64,000 bases of DNA from contig CAVXXI010000001.1 in NCBI GenBank assembly GCA_963765725.1, positions 547,838 to 611,837 on the forward strand. Direction: 5' to 3'. Each line of letters opens with the position of its first letter. The first letter of the stretch is position 1. The notes under the pieces are model-generated. The model had not been told where the DNA came from, ran no database searches, and saw nothing but the letters and a program-made list of their open reading frames with translations. Shown here one piece after another: positions 1 to 9,480 of the stretch. The stretch comes from an uncultured Actinomycetota bacterium (lineage in GTDB: Bacteria; Actinomycetota; Actinomycetes; Propionibacteriales; Nocardioidaceae). The translations under genes were made by a program, and so were the position numbers.

Positions 1-1043
1 CCGCCGAGATGACCGAGGAGATGACCACGATGGCGATCATGACGGTCGTCGTCGTCGAGAGCAGCGTCCGCGTCTGCTCGCGCTGACCGGCAGACAGGCC
101 GACCCACGAGTCGACCGAGACCTGAAGCGCCTTCAGCCCCGAGGCGAAGGTCGTCACGAGCGTCACTCCGATCACCAGGCCCATGGTGGAGCGGGTGGTC
201 CGCAGCGGGTCCTTCACCGCGTTGCGGCCGGCGACGCGGGATACAGGGCCATGCCCCAGTGCCCGGCTCACCGCGGCTACCAGTCCTGGAATCACGAACC
301 GGGCGCCCACCAGCAACCCGGTACCCGAGGTCGCGGACCCGACGAACGCGACCAGGAACCCTGCCGGAGTCCGGGCCTCGCCGAGCAGCGCGGCGGCAGC
401 AAGCATCGCTGCGCCCCCCGCCATCAGAAGCGTGGCCAGCACGATTCGGACGGTGGATGCCCGGCGGGTCGGGTTGGGGGTCAGGGTGACGTCGGACAAC
501 GCGGCGGCAGGGGAGATGGTCAGCACTTTGCGTGACCCGGCCCATCCCGCTGCCGCTGAGGCCAACGCCATCGTCACCACCGGCAGGCCGAGCAATGGGC
601 TGGCGACAGGGTAGGCGGCGTGCGGCATGTCTCCGCGAGCGACCAGCACTGCCAGGAAGAGGTCGGCGGCGAGAGTGCCGGCCAGCACGCCGACCAGCGC
701 GCCGGCAGCACCGGTGAGGGTCGTCGTTCCGTACGACCGCCCTGCGAAGTGACCTGCCCCGGGCTCCCAGCAACCGCAGCAAGGCGATCTGCGCGAGTCG
801 GCCGGCGAGGACCGTGTCGACACCGTTCGTGATGACCACCGCAGAGACGTACACGGCGATGAGGACGAACACCGTCGATACGACGCCGAGCAGGACGGCC
901 ACCCCCGATCCCGAGTCGTCGGCGGCCGTGGCCAAGAACGTGCTCGTCATGATGAGCACCCCGGCGTAGGCACCGCACAGGGCGGACACCACGCCGACGG
1001 TTCCCAGCTCGCGCGCCGAACCCAGCACGAGGTCACGTCTCAC
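1..1043 (-). pseudogene. FtsX-family ABC transporter permease (multi-TM). The 3' part runs off the window and the reading frame changes near 731.
   Basis: GTG at 1043-1041 overlaps the stop of the upstream ATPase (GTGA). Hand translation gives TM-rich FtsX-like sequence (...LAGRLAQIALLRLLGARGRSLRRAVV). This continues sensibly (TTLTGAAGALVGVLAGTLAADLF...) only after a 1-nt frame change at about 731. Both segments have GC-rich third positions. Confidence 0.55.
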
Positions 1044-1810
1044 GAGGCCACCTCCAGCGAGATCATCAGGTCGGAGATGTGCTGGGCCGACAGCGAGGGG
1101 TGATCGGCGACGATGCGACCGTCCGCGATGACCAGGATCCGGTCGGCGTACGACGCGGCCACGGGGTCGTGGGTGACCATGGCAATGGTCTGGCTGTACT
1201 CGCGGGCGGCCGTCTTCAACAAGTCGAGCACCTCGCGGGAGGACCGTGTGTCGAGGTTCCCGGTCGGCTCGTCCGCGACGACGATCTGTGGACGCGATGC
1301 GAGCGCCCGGGCGAGCGCGACGCGCTGTTGCTGTCCGCCGGACAGCTCGCTCGGCCGATGGTCTGTGCGATCCGCGAGCCCGAGGCCCTCCATGAGCGAA
1401 CCGACCCAGCGACGCTGGTCGGCGTCGAGCGTGCGCCCGGCCAGCTCGAATGGCAGGACGACGTTCTCGAGCGCGGTAAGCGTCGGAACCAGGTTGAACG
1501 CCTGGAACACGAACCCGACGTGGGTACGGCGCAGCACGGTTCGGGCATCGTCGTCCAGAAGGTGCAACGGCTCACCTGCCACCCACACCTCGCCCGAGGT
1601 CGGGTCGTCGAGGCCGGCGGCCAGATTCATGAAGGTCGACTTGCCTGACCCCGACGGCCCCATGACGGCCGTGAACTGGCCCGGCGAGATGTCTGCGGTG
1701 ACGCCGTCGAGGGCCCTCACCTGTCCGCGTCCCGAACCGTAGATCTTCGTGACGTCACGGAAGGCGACGATCGCCGTCGGCGCGAGGGGAGACAGCGCTG
1801 AAGTAGTCAT
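1040..1810 (-). CDS. ABC transporter ATP-binding protein (MacB/LolD-like, partner of the FtsX permease)
   Basis: Walker A GPSGSGKST, signature LSGGQQQRVALARAL, Walker B IVVADEPT and H-loop VTHD are all present in the 256-aa ORF. Confidence 0.93.
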   Translation of the reverse strand: MTTSALSPLAPTAIVAFRDVTKIYGSGRGQVRALDGVTADISPGQFTAVMGPSGSGKSTFMNLAAGLDDPTSGEVWVAGEPLHLLDDDARTVLRRTHVGFVFQAFNLVPTLTALENVVLPFELAGRTLDADQRRWVGSLMEGLGLADRTDHRPSELSGGQQQRVALARALASRPQIVVADEPTGNLDTRSSREVLDLLKTAAREYSQTIAMVTHDPVAASYADRILVIADGRIVADHPSLSAQHISDLMISLEVAS

Positions 1811-1907
1811 GACTCGACGGTATGCAGCCCGGTCCCGCTGCGAATCTGCCGTAGGACGTCACTTGCGGTACGTCCTGAGAGGTACCTCCCAGGGCTCGGC
1901 GACGTGG

Positions 1908-2555
1908 TCAGGCCAGGCCGTGCTCGTACGCGTACACCACCAGCTGGACCCGGTCACGCAGGCCCAGCTTGCTGAGCACTCGGGAGACATGAGTCTTGAC
2001 AGTGCCCTCGGACAAGACTTCCGCCGCCGCGATCTCCGCGTTGGAGAGTCCCTGAGCAGCGCGTAGCAGGATCTCCCGTTCGCGCTGGGTGAGGGCGTCG
2101 TACTCCGGGCCTGGCGAGAGGGTCGGCCGTGAGCGAAACCGTTCCCACAGCGCGCGGGTTGCACCCGCCGCGACCACCTTGTTGCCTGCAGCCACCGCGC
2201 GCAGGGAGGCCAGCAGGAACTCCGGCTCGGCGCTCTTCAACACGAACCCGCTCGCGCCGGCCTCGATCGCCGAGGCCGCCGCCTCGTCGAGGTCGAACGT
2301 CGTCAACACCAAGACCTTGGGTGCCTGGGCGCCATGAGCATCGAGGAGGGCCCGGGTCGCCGCGACCCCGTCGACGCGGGGCATGCGGACATCCATGAGC
2401 ACGACGTCGGGACGGCACCGTCGCACCAGCTCGAGAACCTCGGAGCCATCGCCGGCCTCGCCGGCGACCTCCAGGTCAGGCTGTGTGCCGATGACCATCG
2501 CGATCCCTGCGCGGAACAGCGTCTGGTCGTCGACAAGGGCCACCCGAACGGTCAC
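1908..2555 (-). CDS. NarL/LuxR-family response regulator
   Basis: Receiver domain (VALVDDQ...VVLMDVRMP) plus a C-terminal LuxR HTH (LTQREREILLRAAQGLSNAEIA). The likely start is GTG at 2555, overlapping the kinase stop (GTGA). The track ORF start at 2798 lies inside the kinase gene. Confidence 0.9.
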   Translation of the reverse strand: MTVRVALVDDQTLFRAGIAMVIGTQPDLEVAGEAGDGSEVLELVRRCRPDVVLMDVRMPRVDGVAATRALLDAHGAQAPKVLVLTTFDLDEAAASAIEAGASGFVLKSAEPEFLLASLRAVAAGNKVVAAGATRALWERFRSRPTLSPGPEYDALTQREREILLRAAQGLSNAEIAAAEVLSEGTVKTHVSRVLSKLGLRDRVQLVVYAYEHGLA

Positions 2556-3790
2556 GTCATGTCGACCTTGACACCGTCGAGAAGCCGGGTCTGCGCGACC
2601 TCGGCCTCGACGACCCACTGGTCGCCGTCTCGTCCGGCGCGAAGGGCCCCGCCGACGAGCTTCATGCGTTCGGCCATCCCGAGTAACCCGTGTCCGGGCT
2701 CGGGTGTGGCTGACTCGGCGGTGGGTGGCCCGCAGGTCGCGTTGGCGACTCGCAGCCGGTAGCCGTCGCGCCAGTCCTCCTCGACGTGCACGGGCCATGA
2801 CAGGTCGCCGTGCTTCAGTGCGTTGGTCAGCGACTCCGCCAGGACCCGCGTGGTCGCCATCGTCAACAGGTCGGACGGCGCGGATAGGCCATGCCGCTCG
2901 AAACGGAGGTCCATACCCGAGGCGCGCATCCTCGCCATCAGTGCGTCGGTCTGCTCGAACTCGAGGCTGTCTGACTGCTGGCGGCTCTCCGAGCGGTCTC
3001 GCAGCTGTGCCAAGAGCACCCGTACGTCAGCCATGGCCGATCGTGCCGTGTCGGCGATTACGCGTAGCGCTTCGGTCGCCTGGTCGGGATCGGCACGCAG
3101 CACGTACCGGGCGCCGTCGGCCTGGGCGGCCACGATGGCCCATGAGTGGGCCACCAGGTCGTGCATGTCGGCGGCGATCCGTCCCCGTTCCTGCTCCTGC
3201 TCGTACAGGTCCCGCAGCCGCCGCAGCTCTGCGGCCTCGAGGACGGCGTCCGCTCGCGCCTGCACCGCTTGGCGGCGCTGCCACCGCAGGAAGCCGCCGA
3301 CCCAGCCGCCGCCGATGACCACAGCGGTGATCGCGGCGAAGGCAATACCTACGAAGACGGCTCCGCGAACCGACTCCGAATCCGATGCCCGAGCTCCGGC
3401 CCAGGAGCCGGCGACCACGACGGCGACGGCCGCACAGACCAGACCGAGGCGCCGCACTCGTTGGACGCGGTGGCTTCCCAACGTGGAGAACAGCGCGATG
3501 TAGGCCGCATCGGCCACCACCGCGAGATCTCCGGTCACGACCTGCAGGACGGATGCCCCTACCGCCAGGACCACCATGCACATGGGGAGGCGTCGGCGTA
3601 CGGCGAGAGCCGCTCCCAGCAGCAGCGCCGCGACGCTCGACCACGGCGACAGCTGCAGCTGGACGAGCCCGATGACCGCCGCGAAGGCCGCGCCCGCGAA
3701 CACGTCGACCAGCACCTGGCTGCGGCGCAGCGGGCCGGTGTCGCCCCACAGGTCGGCTACGCCCGCCGCCGGCGCGCGATCAGTGGCCAT
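2552..3790 (-). CDS. Sensor histidine kinase (HisKA_3 type, NarL partner)
   Basis: N-terminal TM segments, an H-box ERGRIAADMHDLVAHSW and an ATPase domain (LTNALKHG...GHGLLGMAER). The start was chosen at ATG 3790 (MATDRAPAAG...). The upstream part of the 738-aa track ORF is Arg-rich non-coding-like sequence that crosses a repeat array. Confidence 0.88.
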   Translation of the reverse strand: MATDRAPAAGVADLWGDTGPLRRSQVLVDVFAGAAFAAVIGLVQLQLSPWSSVAALLLGAALAVRRRLPMCMVVLAVGASVLQVVTGDLAVVADAAYIALFSTLGSHRVQRVRRLGLVCAAVAVVVAGSWAGARASDSESVRGAVFVGIAFAAITAVVIGGGWVGGFLRWQRRQAVQARADAVLEAAELRRLRDLYEQEQERGRIAADMHDLVAHSWAIVAAQADGARYVLRADPDQATEALRVIADTARSAMADVRVLLAQLRDRSESRQQSDSLEFEQTDALMARMRASGMDLRFERHGLSAPSDLLTMATTRVLAESLTNALKHGDLSWPVHVEEDWRDGYRLRVANATCGPPTAESATPEPGHGLLGMAERMKLVGGALRAGRDGDQWVVEAEVAQTRLLDGVKVDMT

Positions 3791-3842
3791 ACGTCGAGTA
3801 TGAGCCCGCCACCGCTCCCGGAGAAGCCCGTGCCCGTCCGGC

Positions 3843-3975
3843 CGAGTGGGCACATATGTGGGCTCGAGTGGGCGGCGATGTCGGCTCGAGTGGGCGCAGA
3901 TGTCGGCGTCGAGTGGGCGCAGATGTCGGCTCGACCGGTCACATATGTCGGGTCGAGCGGGCGCATATGTCGGGT
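3843..3975 (+). repeat. 22-bp tandem repeat array, 6 units (family consensus about CGAGYGGGCGSNNATGTCGGNT)
   Basis: Units start at 3843, 3865, 3887, 3910, 3932 and 3954 and are head-to-tail with no spacers. The array is intergenic, between the kinase start and the SMP-30 gene stop. Confidence 0.9.
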
Positions 3976-3993
3976 GGAGGAAGCCGGTGTGGC

Positions 3994-4821
3994 TTACGGG
4001 CACCCGGCGTGAGCCGCCGGCTGCCCTGGTGCTGCGAGGAGCTGCCCGGTGACCCCCGGGCCTTCGGCCATCAAAGCGTCCATCCCACGCCACTTCGCGG
4101 CGGCGATGAACAGGGTACGACCGTCGTCGCCTCCGAGCATGCAAGCGAAACAGCCCCGATCGACCGCGACGGTTGCGAGCACGGCGCCACCTTCCTGGAC
4201 GCGTACGCAGGCCTGGCCGGGAACGCTGGCGGCCCAGATCGCACCCTCCGCGTCGGCGCAGATGCCGTCGGGTGCGTGCTCGAGGTCCGCCCAGACCCGA
4301 CGGTTGGAAAGGGTCGCGTCGACCGCCACCTCGTACGCGACGAGCTGCTTGGCGTGGGAGTCGGCGACCACGAGTGTTCGACCGCGGTCGACGAGGGCCA
4401 TGCCATTGGGCCAGAGCAGGCCGTCGGCGACCGTGCGCGACGAGCCGTCGGGACGCACGAGTACGACGAGGCCCGGACCGCCGTTGACGTAGGCGTTGCC
4501 CACGCGGTCGACCACGAGCTCGTTGAACGGCGCCGGCCCGAAGCCGGTGAGATCCGCGACGGTCGTGAGCGTCCCGTCGAGCTCTTGACGTAGCAGCGTG
4601 CGCCGTGGCCCGTCGACGATGAGCAACCGACCGTCGGGCATCCAGTCGATGCTGATGGGCAGCGTCTCCCGGGTGAGCCTCGCCATCACCTCGCACTCGC
4701 CGTCGGGCGTCACTGCGAGCACCTCGCCGGAGCCCCAGTTGCACAGCCAGACCCGCCCGTCGTGCCACCGCGTCGACTCGGGGAAGCCGAGACCGTCCAG
4801 CAGTACACGTGTTTCACCCAT
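3994..4821 (-). CDS. SMP-30/gluconolactonase/LRE-family beta-propeller protein
   Basis: Typical family sequence is present (LLDGLGFPESTRWHDGRVW...PDGICADAEGAIW...). Start chosen at ATG 4821 (MGETRVLLDG). Confidence 0.8.
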   Translation of the reverse strand: MGETRVLLDGLGFPESTRWHDGRVWLCNWGSGEVLAVTPDGECEVMARLTRETLPISIDWMPDGRLLIVDGPRRTLLRQELDGTLTTVADLTGFGPAPFNELVVDRVGNAYVNGGPGLVVLVRPDGSSRTVADGLLWPNGMALVDRGRTLVVADSHAKQLVAYEVAVDATLSNRRVWADLEHAPDGICADAEGAIWAASVPGQACVRVQEGGAVLATVAVDRGCFACMLGGDDGRTLFIAAAKWRGMDALMAEGPGVTGQLLAAPGQPAAHAGCP

Positions 4822-4985
4822 GCCATTGCCCTTCCCCGTTCCATCCTGTCGCGGTGACCCGCAGCAGAACACGTTCTCATGACGATCTGATAGGACGACG
4901 ATCCTGGCGGACGGGGACGTCTGGGCGCCGCACTCGCGCCAGGTACGCTGCCGGCTCACTGGAGGCGCCTCACCGCGCCGCCGAT

Positions 4986-5153
4986 ATGCGCAACCGTCAA
5001 GGGGGAGGCACGACGGGGTCGCCGGTCATACCCGAACCGCCACGTGCGGACGCCGCTGAGCGGCTGACCGAGCTCAGGTCGCTGAAGGAGCAGGGTCTGG
5101 TCACGCCAACCGAGTACGAGGAGTGCCGCAGAGCCATCATCGACACGGTGTAA
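4986..5153 (+). CDS. Small SHOCT-domain protein
   Basis: The C-terminal sequence ERLTELRSLKEQGLVTPTEYEECRRAII matches the SHOCT pattern. Start chosen at ATG 4986 within track ORF 4809-5153. Confidence 0.5.
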   Translation: MRNRQGGGTTGSPVIPEPPRADAAERLTELRSLKEQGLVTPTEYEECRRAIIDTV

Positions 5154-5344
5154 CGGCGAAGCGCTGCCTGGATCTCCAGGACCGGTTTTCCTCTCCCGGT
5201 GACATGTCGTGTGCTGCTCATAGCAGTGTGTCCGCCTCGGCCGGTCGCTGTCACGGGGTGTCATCCACAGGGCACGGATGTGGTCTGGCGGTGAGGGTTG
5301 TGCTGCGCCAGACTCCCGGTACCTCGTCCGGAGGAAGGCGGTGA

Positions 5345-6622
5345 ATGGTGCCCAGCGGTGTGGTCGACGGCTCAACGGTCGTTGAGCTTCTGGACGCCGA
5401 GGTGCGGGAAGAGGTCCGCCGCAGCGGGGTGGATCCGTTGGTCGACGCTGATGCGGTGCGTCGGTTCGCGCGGTCTGCGGTAGCCGGCCACGACCAGCGG
5501 AGCCTGTCGGGTGTGGTGCGCCCGGTCGACGATCCTGATGCGGTCGTCGAGGAGCTGGTGGCGCGGGTGGCGGGGTTCGGGCCGCTGCAGAGGTACCTCG
5601 ACGACCCGTCCGTGGAAGAGGTGTGGATCAACGAGCCGCAACGGGTGTTCGTCGCCCGTGACGGTCGCCACGAGCTGACCACGACGATCTTGTCGACGGC
5701 GGAGGTGCGTGACCTGATCGAGCGGATGCTGAAGACGTCCGGGCGTCGCGTGGACGTGTCCAGTCCGTTCGTCGATGCGATGCTTCCATCGGGTCACCGC
5801 TTGCATGTCGTGCTGGACGGCATCACGCGCGGGTTCAGCGCCGTCAACGTGCGCAAATTCGTCGCCAAGGCGACGCGGCTGCCCGACCTGGTGACGCTGG
5901 GGTCTTTGCCCTCGCAACCCGCGTCGTTCTTACACGCTTGCGTCGTGTCCGGTCTCAACATCGTCGTCTCCGGGGGAACGCAGGCCGGGAAGACGACGGT
6001 GCTCAACACTCTGTGCTCCTCCGTGCCGGGACACGAACGCATCGTTTCGGTGGAAGAGGTGTACGAGCTGCGGTTCGAGCACCCCGACTGGGTGGCGATG
6101 CAGACACGCCAGGCCGGGCTTGAGGGTACCGGTGAGATCAGGCTGCGCAACCTCGTCAAAGAGGCGCTGCGCATGCGGCCATCGCGGGTCGTCGTCGGTG
6201 AGGTTCGAGCCGAGGAGTGCCTCGACCTACTGCTCGCTCTCAACAGCGGCCTCCCCGGCATGGTCACCGTGCACGCGAACTCTGCCCGGGAAGCGTTGGT
6301 CAAGCTCTGCACCCTGCCTCTTCTTGCCGGAGAGAACATTTCGTCGCGCTTCGTGGTGCCGACGGTGGCCTCGACTGTGGACATCGTGGTGCAGGTCGGC
6401 ATCGACTCAGAGGGTAGGCGGCGGGTGCGGGAGATCGTCGGCGTACCGGGACGCGTCGAGGCCGACATCATCGAGACCGAGCCCATCTTCTCGTGGCAGT
6501 TCGGCGCGTTGCATCGGGCGCACGGCATGCCGCCTCGACTCGAGAGCTTCGCGAGCTCTGGCATCGACGTACATCAGCTTCTGGCGGTCGACCAACAGCT
6601 GGCCGAGACGTCGGGAGGCTGA
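5345..6622 (+). CDS. tadA: CpaF/TadA-family pilus assembly ATPase (type II/IV secretion ATPase)
   Basis: Walker A VVSGGTQAGKTT plus the conserved segments RIVSVEEVYEL and RPSRVVVGEVR. Confidence 0.92.
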   Translation: MVPSGVVDGSTVVELLDAEVREEVRRSGVDPLVDADAVRRFARSAVAGHDQRSLSGVVRPVDDPDAVVEELVARVAGFGPLQRYLDDPSVEEVWINEPQRVFVARDGRHELTTTILSTAEVRDLIERMLKTSGRRVDVSSPFVDAMLPSGHRLHVVLDGITRGFSAVNVRKFVAKATRLPDLVTLGSLPSQPASFLHACVVSGLNIVVSGGTQAGKTTVLNTLCSSVPGHERIVSVEEVYELRFEHPDWVAMQTRQAGLEGTGEIRLRNLVKEALRMRPSRVVVGEVRAEECLDLLLALNSGLPGMVTVHANSAREALVKLCTLPLLAGENISSRFVVPTVASTVDIVVQVGIDSEGRRRVREIVGVPGRVEADIIETEPIFSWQFGALHRAHGMPPRLESFASSGIDVHQLLAVDQQLAETSGG

Positions 6623-6623
6623 T

Positions 6624-7484
6624 GTGGGTGCTGCTGTGGGGTTGACGTTCGGGGTTGGGCTGCTGCTGATCTGGCGCGTGTTCACCGCGCCGGCGACAGC
6701 TTGGCCACGGAGCAAGCGGGCGCCGGGCTCGCGGCTTCGTCGCCTGTTGCACGAAGCCGGCCTCAGCGGCGTGAGCCCCGTCGGCCTGCTGATGTTGGCG
6801 GCGGTATGCGGCCTCGTCGCCGGATCCGTCGTTCTGGCGATCTCTGAGACGCCGCCCGTTGCAGTGGCCTTCGCGCTGATCGCCGGGTACGGCCCCATCG
6901 CGGTGGTTAGAGGCAGGGCGCAGAGCCGCCGCAGGGAGCTTGCCGAGGTGTGGCCCGAGGCGGTCGACAACCTGGCTTCCGCGATCCGCGCCGGGCTCTC
7001 GCTGCCAGAAGGGCTCACGCAGCTCGGCGAACGGGGACCGGAGCCGCTCCGGCCGGCGTTCGCGGCCTTCGGTCGTGACTATCTCGCGACCGGTCGTTTC
7101 GGTGACTGCCTCGACCGGCTCAAGGATGACCTCGCCGATCCCGTTGGTGATCGAGTCGTGGAGGCGCTGCGCATCGCGCGCGAGGTCGGCGGCGGCGACC
7201 TCGGTCGGATGCTGCGCGCGCTGTCGCGGTTCCTTCGCGACGACGCCCGCACCCGATCAGAGCTCGAGTCCCGCCAAGCCTGGGTCGTCAACGGCGCAAG
7301 GCTCGCGGCCGGCTCCCCGTGGGCCGTCCTGCTCGCCTTGTCCATACAGCACGAGGTGATCGGACGTTATCGGTCGGCGGCGGGTGTCGTCGTGCTCGCG
7401 GTCGGAGGCGCCGCGTGCGTGCTCGCGTATCGGCTGATGGTGCGACTCGGACGACTTCCACCGGAACGGCGCGTCCTCACGTGA
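6624..7484 (+). CDS. tadB: Type II secretion system F-family protein (TadB-like)
   Basis: A GTG start lies 2 nt after the tadA stop. It is a polytopic membrane protein with a T2SSF-like cytoplasmic domain (AEVWPEAVDNLASAIRAGLSLPEGL). Confidence 0.85.
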   Translation: MGAAVGLTFGVGLLLIWRVFTAPATAWPRSKRAPGSRLRRLLHEAGLSGVSPVGLLMLAAVCGLVAGSVVLAISETPPVAVAFALIAGYGPIAVVRGRAQSRRRELAEVWPEAVDNLASAIRAGLSLPEGLTQLGERGPEPLRPAFAAFGRDYLATGRFGDCLDRLKDDLADPVGDRVVEALRIAREVGGGDLGRMLRALSRFLRDDARTRSELESRQAWVVNGARLAAGSPWAVLLALSIQHEVIGRYRSAAGVVVLAVGGAACVLAYRLMVRLGRLPPERRVLT

Positions 7485-8422
7485 TCCTCGCCGCGTGGGG
7501 AGGACTCTTGGGTGGCGCAACCGGTCTCGGGATCGCTCTTGCGGTGTCCAGCCTCCTCGCAGCTCGACGCCCGACTCTCGAGAGCCGAGTCGCCCCGTAC
7601 ATCCGCGACGTGCCCAATGCCGCCCTCCGATGGCGCCCGAGGAAGACCTCCGACCGGCCCTCGACCGCACTGCGTGCGCTGGCGGTCCCTCTCCTGGAGT
7701 CAGGGGCACGGCGCCTGCAAAGCGTGCTCGGCGGACGCGAATCCGTTCGTCGCCGTCTTGAACGTGCCGGATCGGCGATGACCGTCGAGGAGTTCCGGCT
7801 CTCGCAGCTGTACTGGGGTCTGTCGGCGTTCGGGGCGTCCGTCGTGGTCGGACTGCTCGCCTCGGCGCGTCAGCCCGACCGGGCACTGCCCTGGCTGATC
7901 CTGTCGTCCGGCGCGGCTGTTGCCGCGATCCTCGCCCGCGACAGCGCGCTCAGCCGACGCGTACGACGGCGCGAGGAGCGGATGCTCGCCGAGTTCCCGG
8001 TCGTCGCGGACCTGCTAGCCCTCGCCGTCGCCGCCGGCGAAGGACCCGCAAGTGCCCTCGACCGGGTCGTCACGACCTGTCATGGCGAGCTGCCCGATGA
8101 GCTGGGGATCGTGCTCGCTCATTCGCGTACCGGGGTTCCGGTTGCGCGCGCCCTCGACGGCTTTGCGCAGCGCAACGGGTTGGCGGTCGTGTCCCGCTTC
8201 GCGGAGGGCTTCGCGGTGGCGATAGAGCGCGGGACCCCGCTCGTCGATGTCCTGGCCGCGCAGGCGGCTGACGTACGCGAGGCGACCAGACGGGCACTCA
8301 TCGAGACCGGCGCGCGCAAGGAGATCGCCATGATGGTCCCGGTCGTCTTCTTGATCATGCCGGTCACCTTGCTGTTCGCATTCTTCCCTGGAGTCGTCGG
8401 ACTCAACCTGTTGGCGCCCTGA
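7481..8422 (+). CDS. tadC: Type II secretion system F-family protein (TadC-like)
   Basis: The GTG start overlaps the tadB stop (GTGA). T2SSF-like sequence is present (EFPVVADLLALAVAAGEGPASAL...) with C-terminal TM segments. Confidence 0.85.
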   Translation: MILAAWGGLLGGATGLGIALAVSSLLAARRPTLESRVAPYIRDVPNAALRWRPRKTSDRPSTALRALAVPLLESGARRLQSVLGGRESVRRRLERAGSAMTVEEFRLSQLYWGLSAFGASVVVGLLASARQPDRALPWLILSSGAAVAAILARDSALSRRVRRREERMLAEFPVVADLLALAVAAGEGPASALDRVVTTCHGELPDELGIVLAHSRTGVPVARALDGFAQRNGLAVVSRFAEGFAVAIERGTPLVDVLAAQAADVREATRRALIETGARKEIAMMVPVVFLIMPVTLLFAFFPGVVGLNLLAP

Positions 8423-8443
8423 GCAAACCCCCTAGGAGGACGG

Positions 8444-8617
8444 ATGAAGTTACGCGCGACACTCTTGCAGCGGCTGCAGGCTCGCGACGAGAGGGGCGAT
8501 GTACCCGGTTGGGTGATGATCACGGTGATGACCATCGTGATCGCCTCGGCGATCCTCGTGATCTTCCAAGACCGCGTCACATCGTTCCTCAGCTCGACAC
8601 TCAACCAGTACATGTAG
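8444..8617 (+). CDS. Small Flp-pilin-like membrane protein (DUF4244-like), 57 aa; not in the ORF track
   Basis: AGGAGGA at 8434-8440 precedes ATG 8444. Hand translation: MKLRATLLQRLQARDERGDVPGWVMITVMTIVIASAILVIFQDRVTSFLSSTLNQYM. It has a basic leader and one hydrophobic helix, and sits directly before the TadE-like genes. Confidence 0.6.
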   Translation: MKLRATLLQRLQARDERGDVPGWVMITVMTIVIASAILVIFQDRVTSFLSSTLNQYM

Positions 8618-9022
8618 GTGACGGCCAACGCGCTCGGCCCGCTCCAACCGTCCGAGCGGGGATCTGCGCTGGCGGACTTCGCACTGGTGTCCGTCGTGCT
8701 CGTGCCACTGTTCTTCGGAGTCCTCCAGATCGCGCTGATTTGGCATGTGAAGACCACCCTCACCTCGGCCGCGTCCGAGGGCGCGCGGTACGGCGCGACG
8801 TACAACCGGTCTGCGGCCGACGGAGCACGGCATACCAGCGGCGTCATCGACGACGTCTTTGGCACGGCATTCTCGGACCGGGTGTCCGCGCAGGACATGG
8901 CAGTCGACGGTCAGCCGGCCGTCGAGGTGGACGTACGGGCACAGGTCCCCGTCTTGGCGTTCTGGGGACCGACGGTCACCGTCCACGTGAGCGGGCACGC
9001 CATCAAGGAGCTGCTGCCGTGA
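8618..9022 (+). CDS. TadE-like pilus assembly/pseudopilin protein
   Basis: The N-terminal segment GSALADFALVSVVLVPLFFGVLQIAL is typical of the TadE family. The start abuts the preceding stop. Confidence 0.8.
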   Translation: MTANALGPLQPSERGSALADFALVSVVLVPLFFGVLQIALIWHVKTTLTSAASEGARYGATYNRSAADGARHTSGVIDDVFGTAFSDRVSAQDMAVDGQPAVEVDVRAQVPVLAFWGPTVTVHVSGHAIKELLP

Positions 9023-9480
9023 GCCGGCTGCGCAGGCGGACCCCGCGAAGCAGCGAGGCCGGCTCGGCGCTCGTCGAGCTGACCTGGCTCGGGCTGCTCA
9101 TGCTCATCCCGCTCGTGTACGTCGTCATCACGATCGTCACGGTTCAACGTTCGGCTTACGGTGCGACCGAGGCGGCGCGCGCCGCCGGTCGGGCGTTCGT
9201 CCTCGCACCGGACGTGGCCACCGCCTCGCACCGTGCGTACGACGCCGCGAAGGTCGCCATGGCCGACCAGGGCGTGGCGCTGCGCGGCGACGAGATGGTG
9301 GTGCGCTGCTTGCCGACACCCCAGTCCTGTCTGCAGCCCGGTTCGACGGTGAGTGTCGAGATCCACCTCGACGTGCGACTGCCGTTCGTCCCGACGGTTT
9401 TCGGGCACTCAGCAGCGAGCTTCGCCGTGCGCGCGACGCACGCCGAGCCCTATGGGACCTTCCGTGAGGCGGCCCCGTGA
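9019..9480 (+). CDS. TadE/TadG-like pilus assembly protein
   Basis: GTGA overlap with the previous gene. N-terminal motif GSALVELTWLGLLMLIPLVYVVITI. Confidence 0.75.
   Translation: MSRLRRRTPRSSEAGSALVELTWLGLLMLIPLVYVVITIVTVQRSAYGATEAARAAGRAFVLAPDVATASHRAYDAAKVAMADQGVALRGDEMVVRCLPTPQSCLQPGSTVSVEIHLDVRLPFVPTVFGHSAASFAVRATHAEPYGTFREAAP

Noticed and set aside
2552-4768. Full 738-aa track ORF as the histidine kinase
   Set aside because: The N-terminal 326 residues or so are Arg/Gly/Pro-rich, overlap the SMP-30 gene region and the repeat array, and lack TM or sensor features. The kinase begins at ATG 3790.
5154-5344. sRNA (6C/B11-like) or terminator upstream of tadA, because mycobacterial B11 lies beside a tad locus
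   Set aside because: Only short stems were found (CCTGGA-TC-TCCAGG; CCGG-loop UUUUCCUCUC-CCGG). There are no convincing paired C-rich loops or promoter.
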